Notes under the pieces: model-generated
Database searches by the model: none
The model's input: the letters and a program-made list of their open reading frames with translations, nothing else
Told to the model about the DNA's origin: nothing
In this document: positions 19,837-30,308 of the stretch, piece by piece
How positions within the stretch are numbered: position 1 is the first letter of the stretch
How the letters are laid out: the number at the start of each line of letters is the position of its first letter
Position numbers and translations under genes: made by a program
DNA from: an uncultured candidatus Brocadiaceae bacterium
GTDB lineage: Bacteria > Planctomycetota > Brocadiia > SM23-32
Assembly: GCA_964434535.1 (NCBI GenBank)
Contig: CAYSWA010000003.1
Span: 20,985 to 84,984, forward strand
DNA length: 64,000 nt
Direction: 5' to 3'

Positions 19837-20613
19837 TCAGGGCTCCCGGCCGGGGGTGCGCCCCCTCAGGACGTTGATCTTGTCCCTCAGCCGGGCGGCC
19901 ATCTCGTAGTTCTCCCGGCGGATGGCGATCTCCTGCTCCACCTCGAGGCTGTGCATCAGCTCCTCGTCGTTGAGCGGCACGTTGTGCCTCTCGCGCAGGC
20001 TTCGGCGCAGGTCCACCAGTATCTGCCGCTCGGTGCTGTCGGGGGCCTGGTCCTCGATCTCGTAGTCGACGTGGAAGCGCTCGATGTCACGCACGCCCCG
20101 GTTCAGCGCGTCGAGCGCGCCCCGCACGTTGCCGGCCTGGAGGTGCAGCAGCATGGCCGAGCGGGCCCGGTCCATAGTCAGCCCCGGGCGGTAGCGATCG
20201 TAGCTGTAGACGGCCGAAGCGTCGGGGTAGCTCTCGCGCAGCAGGGCCAGGATCTTCAGGTTGTGCACGGCGTCGGCCAGCGAGCGGGCGTAGTCGCCCA
20301 GCAGGAACAGGGCCCGCCCCCGGCGGTAGTAATCGAACAGCTCCTCGGCCAGCTCCTCGACCCGCTCGGCGTCGAGGTGCCGCTCGGCCGGGTCGTCGGA
20401 GGCGACCTTCGCCGCGCAGTAGTCCAGCATGCTGGGGTAGCCGTGCGGCCGTCGCCCGTCGGGGCGGCCGTCGCACTCCCACTGGAGCAGCCCGCTGCGT
20501 ATGCGCAACTGGACCTTCGCCCGGCCGCCGAGGCCCGTGACCTTGCGCACGTTGTTGGCCTCCTCCTCCTCGTCGTACGGCCACTCGCCTATGATCAGGG
20601 ACAGGTCCTTCAT
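19837..20613 (-). CDS. conserved hypothetical protein with C-terminal UvrB/UvrC (UVR) motif
   Basis: LNDEELMHSLEVEQEIAIRRENYEMAARLRDKI matches the UVR motif. Protein-like composition. Confidence 0.65.
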   Translation of the reverse strand: MKDLSLIIGEWPYDEEEEANNVRKVTGLGGRAKVQLRIRSGLLQWECDGRPDGRRPHGYPSMLDYCAAKVASDDPAERHLDAERVEELAEELFDYYRRGRALFLLGDYARSLADAVHNLKILALLRESYPDASAVYSYDRYRPGLTMDRARSAMLLHLQAGNVRGALDALNRGVRDIERFHVDYEIEDQAPDSTERQILVDLRRSLRERHNVPLNDEELMHSLEVEQEIAIRRENYEMAARLRDKINVLRGRTPGREP

Positions 20614-20659
20614 CGTCCGTCTCTGCGTTCCTTGCGTGGGTCTGTGCTGGCGCGACGTC

Positions 20660-21082
20660 TCAGTGCCCCCCCTGCGGCTCTTCCTTCGCCGCCGGCTGCT
20701 CGGGCGGCCCGGAGGGGGCGCTGACGAACCGCATCCGCAGATCGGTCAGCAGGCGCTGGAGGTAGTCGGCCTCCTCGTCGGTGAGGTTGCCCTCCGTCTT
20801 GTCCTTGAGCATGGCCAGGGTGTCGATCAGCAGCGCGGCCTCGCCGGGGCGGCGTTCGCGCTTGCCCGTGCGGGGCTCCTCCAGCTCGCCCAGCGCCATC
20901 AGCGTCTGGGTATAGAGGCCGGCGACGAAGCCGGCGAAGGTGACCTCGGGCGGCGCCCCGGCGCCGTGGCCCGGCCCCGCCTCCTGCTCGCGGCGCAGCC
21001 GCTCCTTCTCCTCGGCGACCGCCTCCTTCCAGTCCTCGTCGGCCTGGGGCCTCGGCTCCCGGCCCGCATCTTCCTCTGCCAT
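20660..21082 (-). CDS. DUF1844 family protein
   Basis: FAGFVAGLYTQTLMALGELEEP core typical of DUF1844, with acidic/charged flanks. Confidence 0.65.
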   Translation of the reverse strand: MAEEDAGREPRPQADEDWKEAVAEEKERLRREQEAGPGHGAGAPPEVTFAGFVAGLYTQTLMALGELEEPRTGKRERRPGEAALLIDTLAMLKDKTEGNLTDEEADYLQRLLTDLRMRFVSAPSGPPEQPAAKEEPQGGH

Positions 21083-21136
21083 CTGACTCGTCGCCTCCGG
21101 CTACTCTGAGCGGGTTACCTCACTGCTTCAGCGCCT

Positions 21137-21145
21137 ATTATAGCA
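21137..21145 (-). promoter_or_regulatory. extended -10 TGCTATAAT (minus strand) upstream of DUF1844 gene
   Basis: rc reads TCTGCTATAATAGG about 55 nt upstream of the start at 21082. Confidence 0.4.
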
Positions 21146-21404
21146 GAACGGTTCGCCGGGCCGATTTCAAGCCCCTGCGGCGGGCAGCAGGGCCACAAGA
21201 TGCCATCCTGAGCCCCCCGCCGGCCTGTCCCGGACAGGCACGTCGGCGCAGAAAGATCCCTCGCGGTTGACAGCCGAGCCGCTCGGGATGACACGAGGGG
21301 GGCAGTCGTCCGCGGGCTGCCGCCCCGGCAAGTCCCGGGCGCCATGATCGTGCCGTCGGCCGACAGCCGAATGGCCCTGGGTGGTCGGGCCCGGCGGGGC
21401 GTCG

Positions 21405-21433
21405 TTGCATCGGGCGTGGCCGCGCGCTACAGT
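21405..21433 (+). promoter_or_regulatory. candidate promoter TTGCAT-N17-TACAGT for argH
   Basis: Hexamers with 17-bp spacer, 44 nt upstream of the ATG at 21477. Confidence 0.3.
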
Positions 21434-21476
21434 AGGTCTGGACGCCAGATTGGCCACAATCCGAGGACCCACAGCC

Positions 21477-22853
<1,377 letters not shown>

Positions 22854-22997
22854 CGCCGCTCCCCCTGCGGCAGCCGTGGCGGCTGCAACGCCCGGGCGGA
22901 CAAGCGGGCCGTGCCTTGAAACGCGCCTCGCCCCAGACCATAATCATCGGCGAGCCGGGCGCCGCCCGTAGCCCGCCACCGCATGGAGCGATAGCAC

Positions 22998-23801
22998 ATG
23001 CCCGCCGAACGCATTGCGGCCCGGACCATCCTCTTCATCGTCGTGGTCTTCCTGGCGCTGGTCGTCGTGCACCTGCGCTGGGGCACCGACGTGGAGGAGG
23101 AAGCCGCCACCGAGGCCGCCCCGAGCGTCTCGAGCATCCAGGTCGCGGAGGACGGCAAGCTGGTGGACGTAATGTCCGCCGAATGGCCGAACGAAGGGCC
23201 TGAGTCGGCCGTGCGCTCGGCGCTGGAGGAGCTGAGCAGCGAGTCGGCCGAGAGCCGGCGGGCCGTCGCCATCCAGCTCTCCTTCCTGACCAACGACCCG
23301 GCCGCGCGCGAGCGCCTGCTGGCGCTGCCGGAGGAGCTGGCCGCGCAGGTGCGGGCGGCGCTGCTGGAGGGGCTGCACGACCCCGACCCGGTCGTGGCGG
23401 CCAACTGCGCCGAGGCGCTGATCGGATGGTGGCGCATCTCGCCGAGCGGCACGGCCACCCGCCACTTCCAGCGCGGGCTGGCGCAGTTCGAGGCCGGCCG
23501 GCTGGAGGCGGCCCTGGAGACCTTCGAGGGCGTGGAGGGCCTCGGCGGGGCGGTGCCGCCGGAGCTCTACCGGATGAAGGCGGAGGTCCACCTGGCGCGT
23601 GGCGAGCCGCAGAAGGCGCTGGACGAATGCCGCCGCGCGCTGCGCGCCGAGCCGAGGGAGTTCCCCGCGCTTTACGCCCGCGCCCGCGCGCAGGTCAAGC
23701 TCGGCCACGTCGGCGAGGCCGTCCGCTCGCTGGAGCAGGCCCTCGCCATCTACGGCTCGTATCAGGCCGCGCGCGAACTGCGCGAGGAGCTGGCGGGCTG
23801 A
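22998..23801 (+). CDS. membrane-anchored HEAT/TPR-like repeat protein
   Basis: N-terminal TM helix ILFIVVVFLALVVV followed by HEAT-like (LHDPDPVVAANCAEAL) and TPR-like helices. Confidence 0.6.
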   Translation: MPAERIAARTILFIVVVFLALVVVHLRWGTDVEEEAATEAAPSVSSIQVAEDGKLVDVMSAEWPNEGPESAVRSALEELSSESAESRRAVAIQLSFLTNDPAARERLLALPEELAAQVRAALLEGLHDPDPVVAANCAEALIGWWRISPSGTATRHFQRGLAQFEAGRLEAALETFEGVEGLGGAVPPELYRMKAEVHLARGEPQKALDECRRALRAEPREFPALYARARAQVKLGHVGEAVRSLEQALAIYGSYQAARELREELAG

Positions 23802-23815
23802 GCCATCCGCATCCC

Positions 23816-24832
23816 TCAGGCGCCCTGCTGCGAGATGGCCACGAGGCGCTCAAGCGCCTCCTTCGCGCGCCCCGCGTCGATCGACTCGGCGGCCGCCTCG
23901 GCCCCCGCGCGCAGTGTCTCGGCGCGGCCCCCCACGTGGACGGCCGCCCCGGCGTTGAGGAGGACCATGTCGCGGCGCGGCCCCGTCGCGCCGTCCAGGA
24001 CGGCGCGGATGGCGGCGGCGCTCTCCTCCAGGCTGCCGACCGAGAGGTCCTCCAGATCGGCCCGCTCCACGCCGAAGTCCTCCGGGGCGATCCGTTCCAC
24101 CGTCACCTCGCCCTCGCGCACCCGGGCGGCGAGGGTCTCGGCGCAGAGGCTGATCTCGTCCATGCCGTCCAGGCTGTGCACGACCATGGCCCGCACGGCG
24201 CCGAGGTTGCCCAGCACGCGGGCCAGCGGCTCGACGAGCGCCTCGCTGAAGACGCCCAGCACCTGGCGTCGCGCCCCGGCGGGGTTGGTCAGGGGCCCGA
24301 GCACGTTGAAGACGGTCCGGATGGCCAGCTCGCGCCGGGGGCCGATGGCGTGCTTCATGGCCGAGTGGAGCGCCGGGGCGAACAGGAAGCCGATGCCGGC
24401 CTCGCGGATGCTGCGTTCGACGACGGCCGGCTGGGCGGTCAGGTTCACCCCGAGCGCCTCCAGCACGTCGGCGCTGCCCCAGCGCCCGGAGGCGGCGCGG
24501 TTGCCGTGCTTGGCCACCGGCACGCCCGCGCCCGCCGCCACCAGGGCGGCGGCGGTCGAGACGTTGAAAGTCACCTTGCCCGTGCCGCCCGTGCCGCAGG
24601 TGTCCACCACGTCCAGCTCGCCCACGTCGATGCGCGTGGCCGCCTCCCGCATGGCCAACGCGCAGCCGGTGATCTCCTCCACCGTCTCGCCCTTGACGCG
24701 CAGCGCCACCAGGAAACCGGCGACCTGCGACGGCGTGGCCCCGCCGGACATGATGACAGACATGGCCTCGCGGGCCTCCTGCGCCGCGAGGTCGTCTCCT
24801 TCAACGAGCCTGGCGATGTAGCTCTGGAGCAT
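23816..24832 (-). CDS. trpD: anthranilate phosphoribosyltransferase
   Basis: GCALAMRE, VDTCGTGGTGKVTFNVSTAAA, KHGNRAASG. Start taken at MLQSYI. Confidence 0.9.
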   Translation of the reverse strand: MLQSYIARLVEGDDLAAQEAREAMSVIMSGGATPSQVAGFLVALRVKGETVEEITGCALAMREAATRIDVGELDVVDTCGTGGTGKVTFNVSTAAALVAAGAGVPVAKHGNRAASGRWGSADVLEALGVNLTAQPAVVERSIREAGIGFLFAPALHSAMKHAIGPRRELAIRTVFNVLGPLTNPAGARRQVLGVFSEALVEPLARVLGNLGAVRAMVVHSLDGMDEISLCAETLAARVREGEVTVERIAPEDFGVERADLEDLSVGSLEESAAAIRAVLDGATGPRRDMVLLNAGAAVHVGGRAETLRAGAEAAAESIDAGRAKEALERLVAISQQGA

Positions 24833-25136
24833 GGGAGCCGTCCTGAGCGTGAGATGGCGGAACGTGCGTCCGGCCGTATTGTAGGGGCCGGGCCCGGCGC
24901 GGTCAATGCCTGCCACGCCGAGCAGACCACGACGACACGACGAGCACCAGTCCTTCGCTCGCTCTTGCCCTCGGCGGTTACGCCAGGGTCGAGCCGTTTG
25001 CGCTGATCGTAAGGTGGCGGGGGGCGCGGGGTTGGCGGGAGGGCAGAGAAGTAGTTACCCTACAAGCGGCCCGCCAGGGCCGCGCTGCCTGACCGCTCAC
25101 CGTCACGCAGTCGGGGGAGGTCGGCGTGCGTGTAAC

Positions 25137-25165
25137 TTGACAAAAGATACCGTTTTAGTTACCTT
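25137..25165 (+). promoter_or_regulatory. AT-rich leader with perfect -35 TTGACA and hairpin (GTAACT...AGTTAC) upstream of metY; possible promoter/SAM-responsive leader
   Basis: The only AT-rich stretch in the 380-nt trpD-metY intergenic region. TTGACA at 25137-25142. No riboswitch class could be assigned by eye. Confidence 0.3.
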
Positions 25166-25214
25166 TCGGACGAAACGCAAGATATCTGCCGCTGCCTCGG
25201 GGAGGAAGCCGACC

Positions 25215-26507
25215 ATGACCGACGAAGGGAAGAAGCTGCGGTTCGACACCGTCGCCCTGCACGGCGGGCACACGCCCGACGCCTGCACGCACGCCCGCGC
25301 CGTGCCGATCTACCAGACCACCTCCTACCAGTTCGAGGACACCGAGCACGCCGCCCGCCTGTTCGCCCTGGAGGAGCCGGGCTACATCTACACGCGCATC
25401 ATGAACCCGACCACCGAGGTGCTCGAGACCCGCCTGGCGATGCTCGCGGGCGGCGTCGGCGGCCTGGCCTTCGCCAGCGGCATGGCCGCCACCAGCGCCG
25501 GCTGCCTGACCATCCTCGGCGAGGGCGACCACGTCGTCTCCTCCAGCGGACTCTACGGGGGCACCTACACGCTGTTCAGCCAGACCTTCCCCCGCCGGCT
25601 CGGCATCGAGGTCACCTTCACCGACAGCGACGATCCGGGCGAGTTCGAGGCGGCCCTCACCGACCGCACGAAGCTGATCTTCCTGGAGACGATCGGCAAC
25701 CCGCGCCTCACCGTGCCGCACTTCGCGGCCATCTGCGAGGTCGCCCACGCCCGCGGCATCCCCGTGATGGTGGACAACACGACCGCCACGCCCTACCTGT
25801 GCCGTCCGATCGAGCACGGGGCCGACATCGTCGTGCACAGCCTGACCAAGTGGCTCGGCGGGCACGGCAACAGCATCGGCGGCGTGCTGATCGACGGGGG
25901 GCGGTTCGACTGGGTCGCCAGCGGCCGCTTCGCCGAGATGAACGAGCCGGACCCGAGCTACCACGGCATCCGGTACGTGGAGCAGTTCGGCGAGGCGGCC
26001 TACATCGTGAAGGCGCGGGTGCAGATCCTGCGCGACCTGGGCGGCTGCATCAGCCCGTTCAACGCGTTCCTGGTCCTGCAGGGCGTCGAGACGCTGCCGG
26101 TGCGCATGGCGCGCCACTGCGAGAACGCGCAGCGGGTGGCGGAGTTCCTGGCCGGCCACGCGAAGGTGAGCTGGGTCACCTACCCGGGCCTGGCGGACCA
26201 TCCCACGCACGAGCTGGCCCGCCGGTACCTGTCCGGGGGCTTCGGCAGCCTGATCGGCTTCGGCATCGAGGGCGGCCTGGAGGCGGGCAAGCGGTTCATC
26301 AACGCGCTGGAGCTGGTCAGCCACCTGGCCAACATCGGCGACGCCCGCACGCTGGCCATCCACCCCGCCAGCACCACGCACCAGCAGCTCGCCGAAGAGG
26401 AGCAGCTCCAGAGCGGCGTCACGCCGGACTTCGTGCGCCTCTCGATCGGCATCGAAGACGCCCGCGACATCGTCGAGGACCTGGACCGGGCGCTGGCGAA
26501 GGCTTGA
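25215..26507 (+). CDS. metY: O-acetylhomoserine aminocarboxypropyltransferase (sulfhydrylase)
   Basis: [30 protein letters not shown] (PLP lysine). GGAGGA RBS 7 nt upstream. Confidence 0.9.
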   Translation: MTDEGKKLRFDTVALHGGHTPDACTHARAVPIYQTTSYQFEDTEHAARLFALEEPGYIYTRIMNPTTEVLETRLAMLAGGVGGLAFASGMAATSAGCLTILGEGDHVVSSSGLYGGTYTLFSQTFPRRLGIEVTFTDSDDPGEFEAALTDRTKLIFLETIGNPRLTVPHFAAICEVAHARGIPVMVDNTTATPYLCRPIEHGADIVVHSLTKWLGGHGNSIGGVLIDGGRFDWVASGRFAEMNEPDPSYHGIRYVEQFGEAAYIVKARVQILRDLGGCISPFNAFLVLQGVETLPVRMARHCENAQRVAEFLAGHAKVSWVTYPGLADHPTHELARRYLSGGFGSLIGFGIEGGLEAGKRFINALELVSHLANIGDARTLAIHPASTTHQQLAEEEQLQSGVTPDFVRLSIGIEDARDIVEDLDRALAKA

Positions 26508-26602
26508 GATTGCGGCGGGCGTGATGTAGCATTGTGGCTTGCGGGCGGCGCCGTGGCCGCCGCCGCACCTCATCCCTTCCCCAGGGCGATCCGGGCGAGC
26601 AC

Positions 26603-27787
26603 ATGCCGGCTGAGCACTCCGCAGGCGTCGTCCAGACCAGGACCTGGCGGTTCGCCGAGCCGCCGGGCGAGCTGGCCCTGCGCAGCGGGGTGAAGCTCGG
26701 CCCGATCGAGGTGGCCTACGAGACCTACGGCGAGCTGAGCCCGCAGCGGGACAACGCCATCTACATCTGCCACGCCCTGAGCGGCGACGCCCACGTGGCC
26801 GGCGTCCACTGCCCGGACGATGCGAAGCCCGGCTGGTGGGACACGATGGTCGGCCCGGGGAAGGGGATCGACACCGAGCGCTACTTCGTGGTCTGCGCCA
26901 ACTGCATCGGCGGCTGCAAGGGCAGCACCGGCCCCTCGTCGATCAACCCGCGCACGGGCGAGCCCTACGGGCTCGACTTCCCCATGGTGACGATCAGCGA
27001 CATGGTGAAGGTCCAGCACGCCCTGCTGACGGAGCACCTGGGGGTGGAGCGGGTGCTCGCGGTGGTCGGCGGCTCGATGGGGGGGATGCAGGTGCTCCAG
27101 TGGGCGATCGACTACCCGGAGATGGTCGCCTCGGCCATCCCCATCGCCAGCGCCAGCCGGCTGGAGGCGCAGAGCATCGCCTTCGACGAGGTGGGCCGGC
27201 AGGCCATCTACAGCGACCCGAACTGGCGGGAGGGCAGCTACTACGGCGGCGCGCCGCCGAACCGCGGCCTCGCCGTGGCGCGGATGATCGGCCACATCAC
27301 CTACCTGAGCAGCCACTCGATGCGCGACAAGTTCGGGCGCGGCCTCCAGGACCGCGACGAGGTCGGCTACGACTTCGGCCCGGCCGACTTCCAGGTCGAG
27401 AGCTACCTGCGCTACAAGGGCGACAGCTTCGTGGAGCGCTTCGACGCCAACTCCTACCTCTACATCACCAAGGCGATGGACTACTTCGACCTGGCGGCCG
27501 ACCACGGCTCGCTCATCGAGGCGTTCCGCGGCGTCAAGAGCCGCTTCCTGGTCATCTCCTACAGCGGGGACTGGCTCTTCCCCACCGAGCAGTCCAAGGA
27601 GATCGTGCGCGCCCTCCAGGCCAACGGCGTGGTCACCACGTTCCTGGAGCTTCAGAGCGAATACGGGCACGACGCCTTCCTGCTGGAGGACGAGCAGCTC
27701 AGCCAGATCCTGGCCGGCTTCCTGCGCAACGCCCTCGCCGAGGAGCGGCGCCGCGCCGCCCCCGACCCAATCGGCGCGCGCCCTTAA
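26603..27787 (+). CDS. metX: homoserine O-acetyltransferase
   Basis: alpha/beta hydrolase with GGSMGGMQVLQW nucleophile elbow and conserved MetX N-terminus (IEVAYETYGEL). Confidence 0.9.
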   Translation: MPAEHSAGVVQTRTWRFAEPPGELALRSGVKLGPIEVAYETYGELSPQRDNAIYICHALSGDAHVAGVHCPDDAKPGWWDTMVGPGKGIDTERYFVVCANCIGGCKGSTGPSSINPRTGEPYGLDFPMVTISDMVKVQHALLTEHLGVERVLAVVGGSMGGMQVLQWAIDYPEMVASAIPIASASRLEAQSIAFDEVGRQAIYSDPNWREGSYYGGAPPNRGLAVARMIGHITYLSSHSMRDKFGRGLQDRDEVGYDFGPADFQVESYLRYKGDSFVERFDANSYLYITKAMDYFDLAADHGSLIEAFRGVKSRFLVISYSGDWLFPTEQSKEIVRALQANGVVTTFLELQSEYGHDAFLLEDEQLSQILAGFLRNALAEERRRAAPDPIGARP

Positions 27788-27812
27788 AGACCCCTTGCCC
27801 CCGGGGAGAGGC

Positions 27813-28958
27813 ATGAACGACACCGACCCGCTGACGCCCTACGGCAACCGGCCGATGGTCACGCCCATCGTGGCCGCCGTCAACTACGAGTACCTCTCCT
27901 TCGAGGTGCTGCGCCAGATCACCGACGGTGAGATCGACGGCTACACCTACCATCGCGACGACAACCCCACCGTGCGCGCCGTCGAGAAGCAGGTCGCCGC
28001 CCTGGAGGGCGCCGTCGATTGCGTCATCGCCACCACCGGGATGGCCGCCATTACCATGATCTTCCTCACCTACCTGAACAAGGGCGACCATCTGATCACC
28101 TTCCACGACGTCTACGGGGCCAACTATAAGGTCTCGCTCATCCTGGAGCGCTTCGGCGTCGAGGTCACCTGGCTCGACGCCGACCGGGGCGACCTGGTGG
28201 CCGAGGCCGTGCGCGACAACACGGCGATGATCTTCTGCGAGACCCCGAGCAACCCGCTGTGCAAGACCGTCGAGATCGCCATGCTCCGCCGCGAGGCCGA
28301 CCGCGCCGGGGCCCGCCTGGTGGTGGACAACACCTTCGCCACACCCTATCACCAGCTCCCGCTGACGCTCGGGGCCGACCTGGTCGTCCACAGCGCCACC
28401 AAGGCCCTCGGCGGGCACAACGACCTGATGGCCGGGGCCATCGCCTGCTCCACGCGCGAGTACTACGACGAGCTCTGGTTCACCCGCCAGGCCATCGGCA
28501 CCACGCTGGACCCCTACTCGGCCGCCCGCCTGGAGAGGGGGCTGAAGACCTTTGCCCTGCGCGCCGAGAAGATGGCGGCGAACGCGCAGGCGATGGCCGA
28601 GTTCCTGGAAGCCCACCCCCGCGTGCCGCGCGTGCGCTACCCGGGGCTGCCCTCCGACCCGGGCCACGAGGCCGCCGCGCGGCAGATGAAGGACGGGTTC
28701 GGCGGCATGCTCGCCTTCGACGTGGGCCAGACGGAGGAGGACGCCAGGCGCTTCGTCGAAAGGCTCAAGGTCATGTATCACGCCGTCAGCCTGGGGGCGA
28801 CGGAGACGCTGGTCTGCGTGCCCTACCTGAGCACCATGCTGTACCTGCCGCAGCAGCGGCGGACCACCTTCGGCGTGCGGCGCAACACGGTGCGCCTCTC
28901 GGCGGGAATCGAACCGATCGGGGACCTGATCGCCGACCTCGAGCAGGCCCTCGCCTGA
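27813..28958 (+). CDS. PLP-dependent Cys/Met metabolism enzyme (cystathionine gamma-synthase/beta-lyase-like)
   Basis: HSATKALGGHNDLMAG (PLP lysine), YTYHRDDNPT, cystathionine-family fold. Confidence 0.8.
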   Translation: MNDTDPLTPYGNRPMVTPIVAAVNYEYLSFEVLRQITDGEIDGYTYHRDDNPTVRAVEKQVAALEGAVDCVIATTGMAAITMIFLTYLNKGDHLITFHDVYGANYKVSLILERFGVEVTWLDADRGDLVAEAVRDNTAMIFCETPSNPLCKTVEIAMLRREADRAGARLVVDNTFATPYHQLPLTLGADLVVHSATKALGGHNDLMAGAIACSTREYYDELWFTRQAIGTTLDPYSAARLERGLKTFALRAEKMAANAQAMAEFLEAHPRVPRVRYPGLPSDPGHEAAARQMKDGFGGMLAFDVGQTEEDARRFVERLKVMYHAVSLGATETLVCVPYLSTMLYLPQQRRTTFGVRRNTVRLSAGIEPIGDLIADLEQALA

Positions 28959-28991
28959 ACGGGGCGGGCCACTCAAAGCGGGATCGCTGCC

Positions 28992-29594
28992 ATGCCGGCG
29001 CGGCTCGACTACCGGATGATCGAGGACCACGTGGAGCCCGGGGCCGAGGTGCTGGACCTGGGCTGCGGCGACGGTGAGCTCCTGCACGAGCTGATCGCGC
29101 AGAAGGGCTGCCGGGGCTGCGGGGTCGACGTGGACCTGGCCGCTGTGCAGAGGTGCATCGCCCGGGGCGTGCCGGTCTACCACGGCGACATGCAGGAGGG
29201 GCTCGCCATGTTCGCCGACGGGCGGTTCGACTGCGTGATACTGAGCCAGACTCTCCAGCAGACGGTCTCGCCGGCCCGCGTGATCCGCGAGATGCTGCGG
29301 GTGGGCCGGCGGGCGGTGATCAGCTTCCCCAACTTCGGGCACTGGCGCGTGCGGCTCCAGCTCTTGCTGAAGGGCCGCATGCCCGTCACACGGGTGCTGC
29401 CCTACAAGTGGTACGACACGCCCAACATCCACCTGCTCACCGTCAAGGACTTCCTCAGGCTCTGCGAGGAGCTGGGGCTGCGGATCGTCGACAGGATCTA
29501 CCTGACCCCGGGCGACCGCCGCGTGCCGGCGCCGCTGGCCAACATGCTGGCCGGCGTCGCCATCTTCGTCGTCGAATCGCGCAGCAGCGCCTGA
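28992..29594 (+). CDS. metW: methionine biosynthesis protein MetW
   Basis: VLDLGCGDGELL SAM-binding motif plus conserved MetW C-terminus (ISFPNFGHWRVRLQLLLKGRMPVT). Confidence 0.85.
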   Translation: MPARLDYRMIEDHVEPGAEVLDLGCGDGELLHELIAQKGCRGCGVDVDLAAVQRCIARGVPVYHGDMQEGLAMFADGRFDCVILSQTLQQTVSPARVIREMLRVGRRAVISFPNFGHWRVRLQLLLKGRMPVTRVLPYKWYDTPNIHLLTVKDFLRLCEELGLRIVDRIYLTPGDRRVPAPLANMLAGVAIFVVESRSSA

Positions 29595-29612
29595 CCCCGC
29601 AGGAGGGGGCAG

Positions 29613-30284
29613 ATGGCCGCCGAGAAGAAGCCGCCCCGTGGCAAGATGGCGCGCAAGCGCGCGTGCGAGATACTCGACCGCCTCGAACAGGAGCACCCCG
29701 ACGCGCGCGTCTACCTCGACTACGAGACGCCGCTCCAGTTGCTCCTCGCTACCATCCTCGCCGCCCAGTGCACCGACGAGAAGGTCAACGAGATCACCCC
29801 CCGGCTCTTCGAGCGTTACCCGACGGCCGAAGAGCTGGCCAAAGCCGACCGGGAGGGGCTGGAGGCGCTGTTGCGGCCGACCGGTTTCTTCCGCCAGAAG
29901 GCCCGGAGCGTGCAGGAGGCCTGCCGCGTCATCGCCGAGGAGCACGGCGGCGAGGTGCCCGCCGACCGCGAGGCGCTCACCGCCATATCCGGCGTCGGCC
30001 GCAAGACCGCCAACATCGTGCTGATCGAAGCCTTCGGCCAGGATGCCATCGCCGTCGACACGCACGTCAAGCGCCTCGCCACGCGGCTGGGCATGACCGC
30101 CTCGAAGACGGTGGACGCGATGGAGAAGGACCTCTGCGCCCTGATCCCCGAGGAGCGCTGGGGCCGGGCGACGCTCCTGCTCGGCACGCACGGGCGGCGC
30201 GTCTGCGCGGCGAAGAAGCCCGACCACGAGGGCTGCGCCCTCAACGAGCTCTGCGCGTTCTACCGCGACATGCAGTCCCGCTAA
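29613..30284 (+). CDS. nth: endonuclease III
   Basis: HhH-GPD (LTAISGVGRKTANIVL, VDTHVKR) and C-terminal 4Fe-4S cysteines CxxxxxxCxxC. Confidence 0.9.
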   Translation: MAAEKKPPRGKMARKRACEILDRLEQEHPDARVYLDYETPLQLLLATILAAQCTDEKVNEITPRLFERYPTAEELAKADREGLEALLRPTGFFRQKARSVQEACRVIAEEHGGEVPADREALTAISGVGRKTANIVLIEAFGQDAIAVDTHVKRLATRLGMTASKTVDAMEKDLCALIPEERWGRATLLLGTHGRRVCAAKKPDHEGCALNELCAFYRDMQSR

Positions 30285-30308
30285 GCCGGCCCGAGCCGAG
30301 CCGCCGCC

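Noticed and set aside
16931-19909. 992-aa plus-strand ORF opposite the large membrane protein
   Set aside because: Almost pure R/Q/P/G/E low complexity. The minus-strand frame encodes coherent TM helices, so the plus ORF is the antisense artefact.
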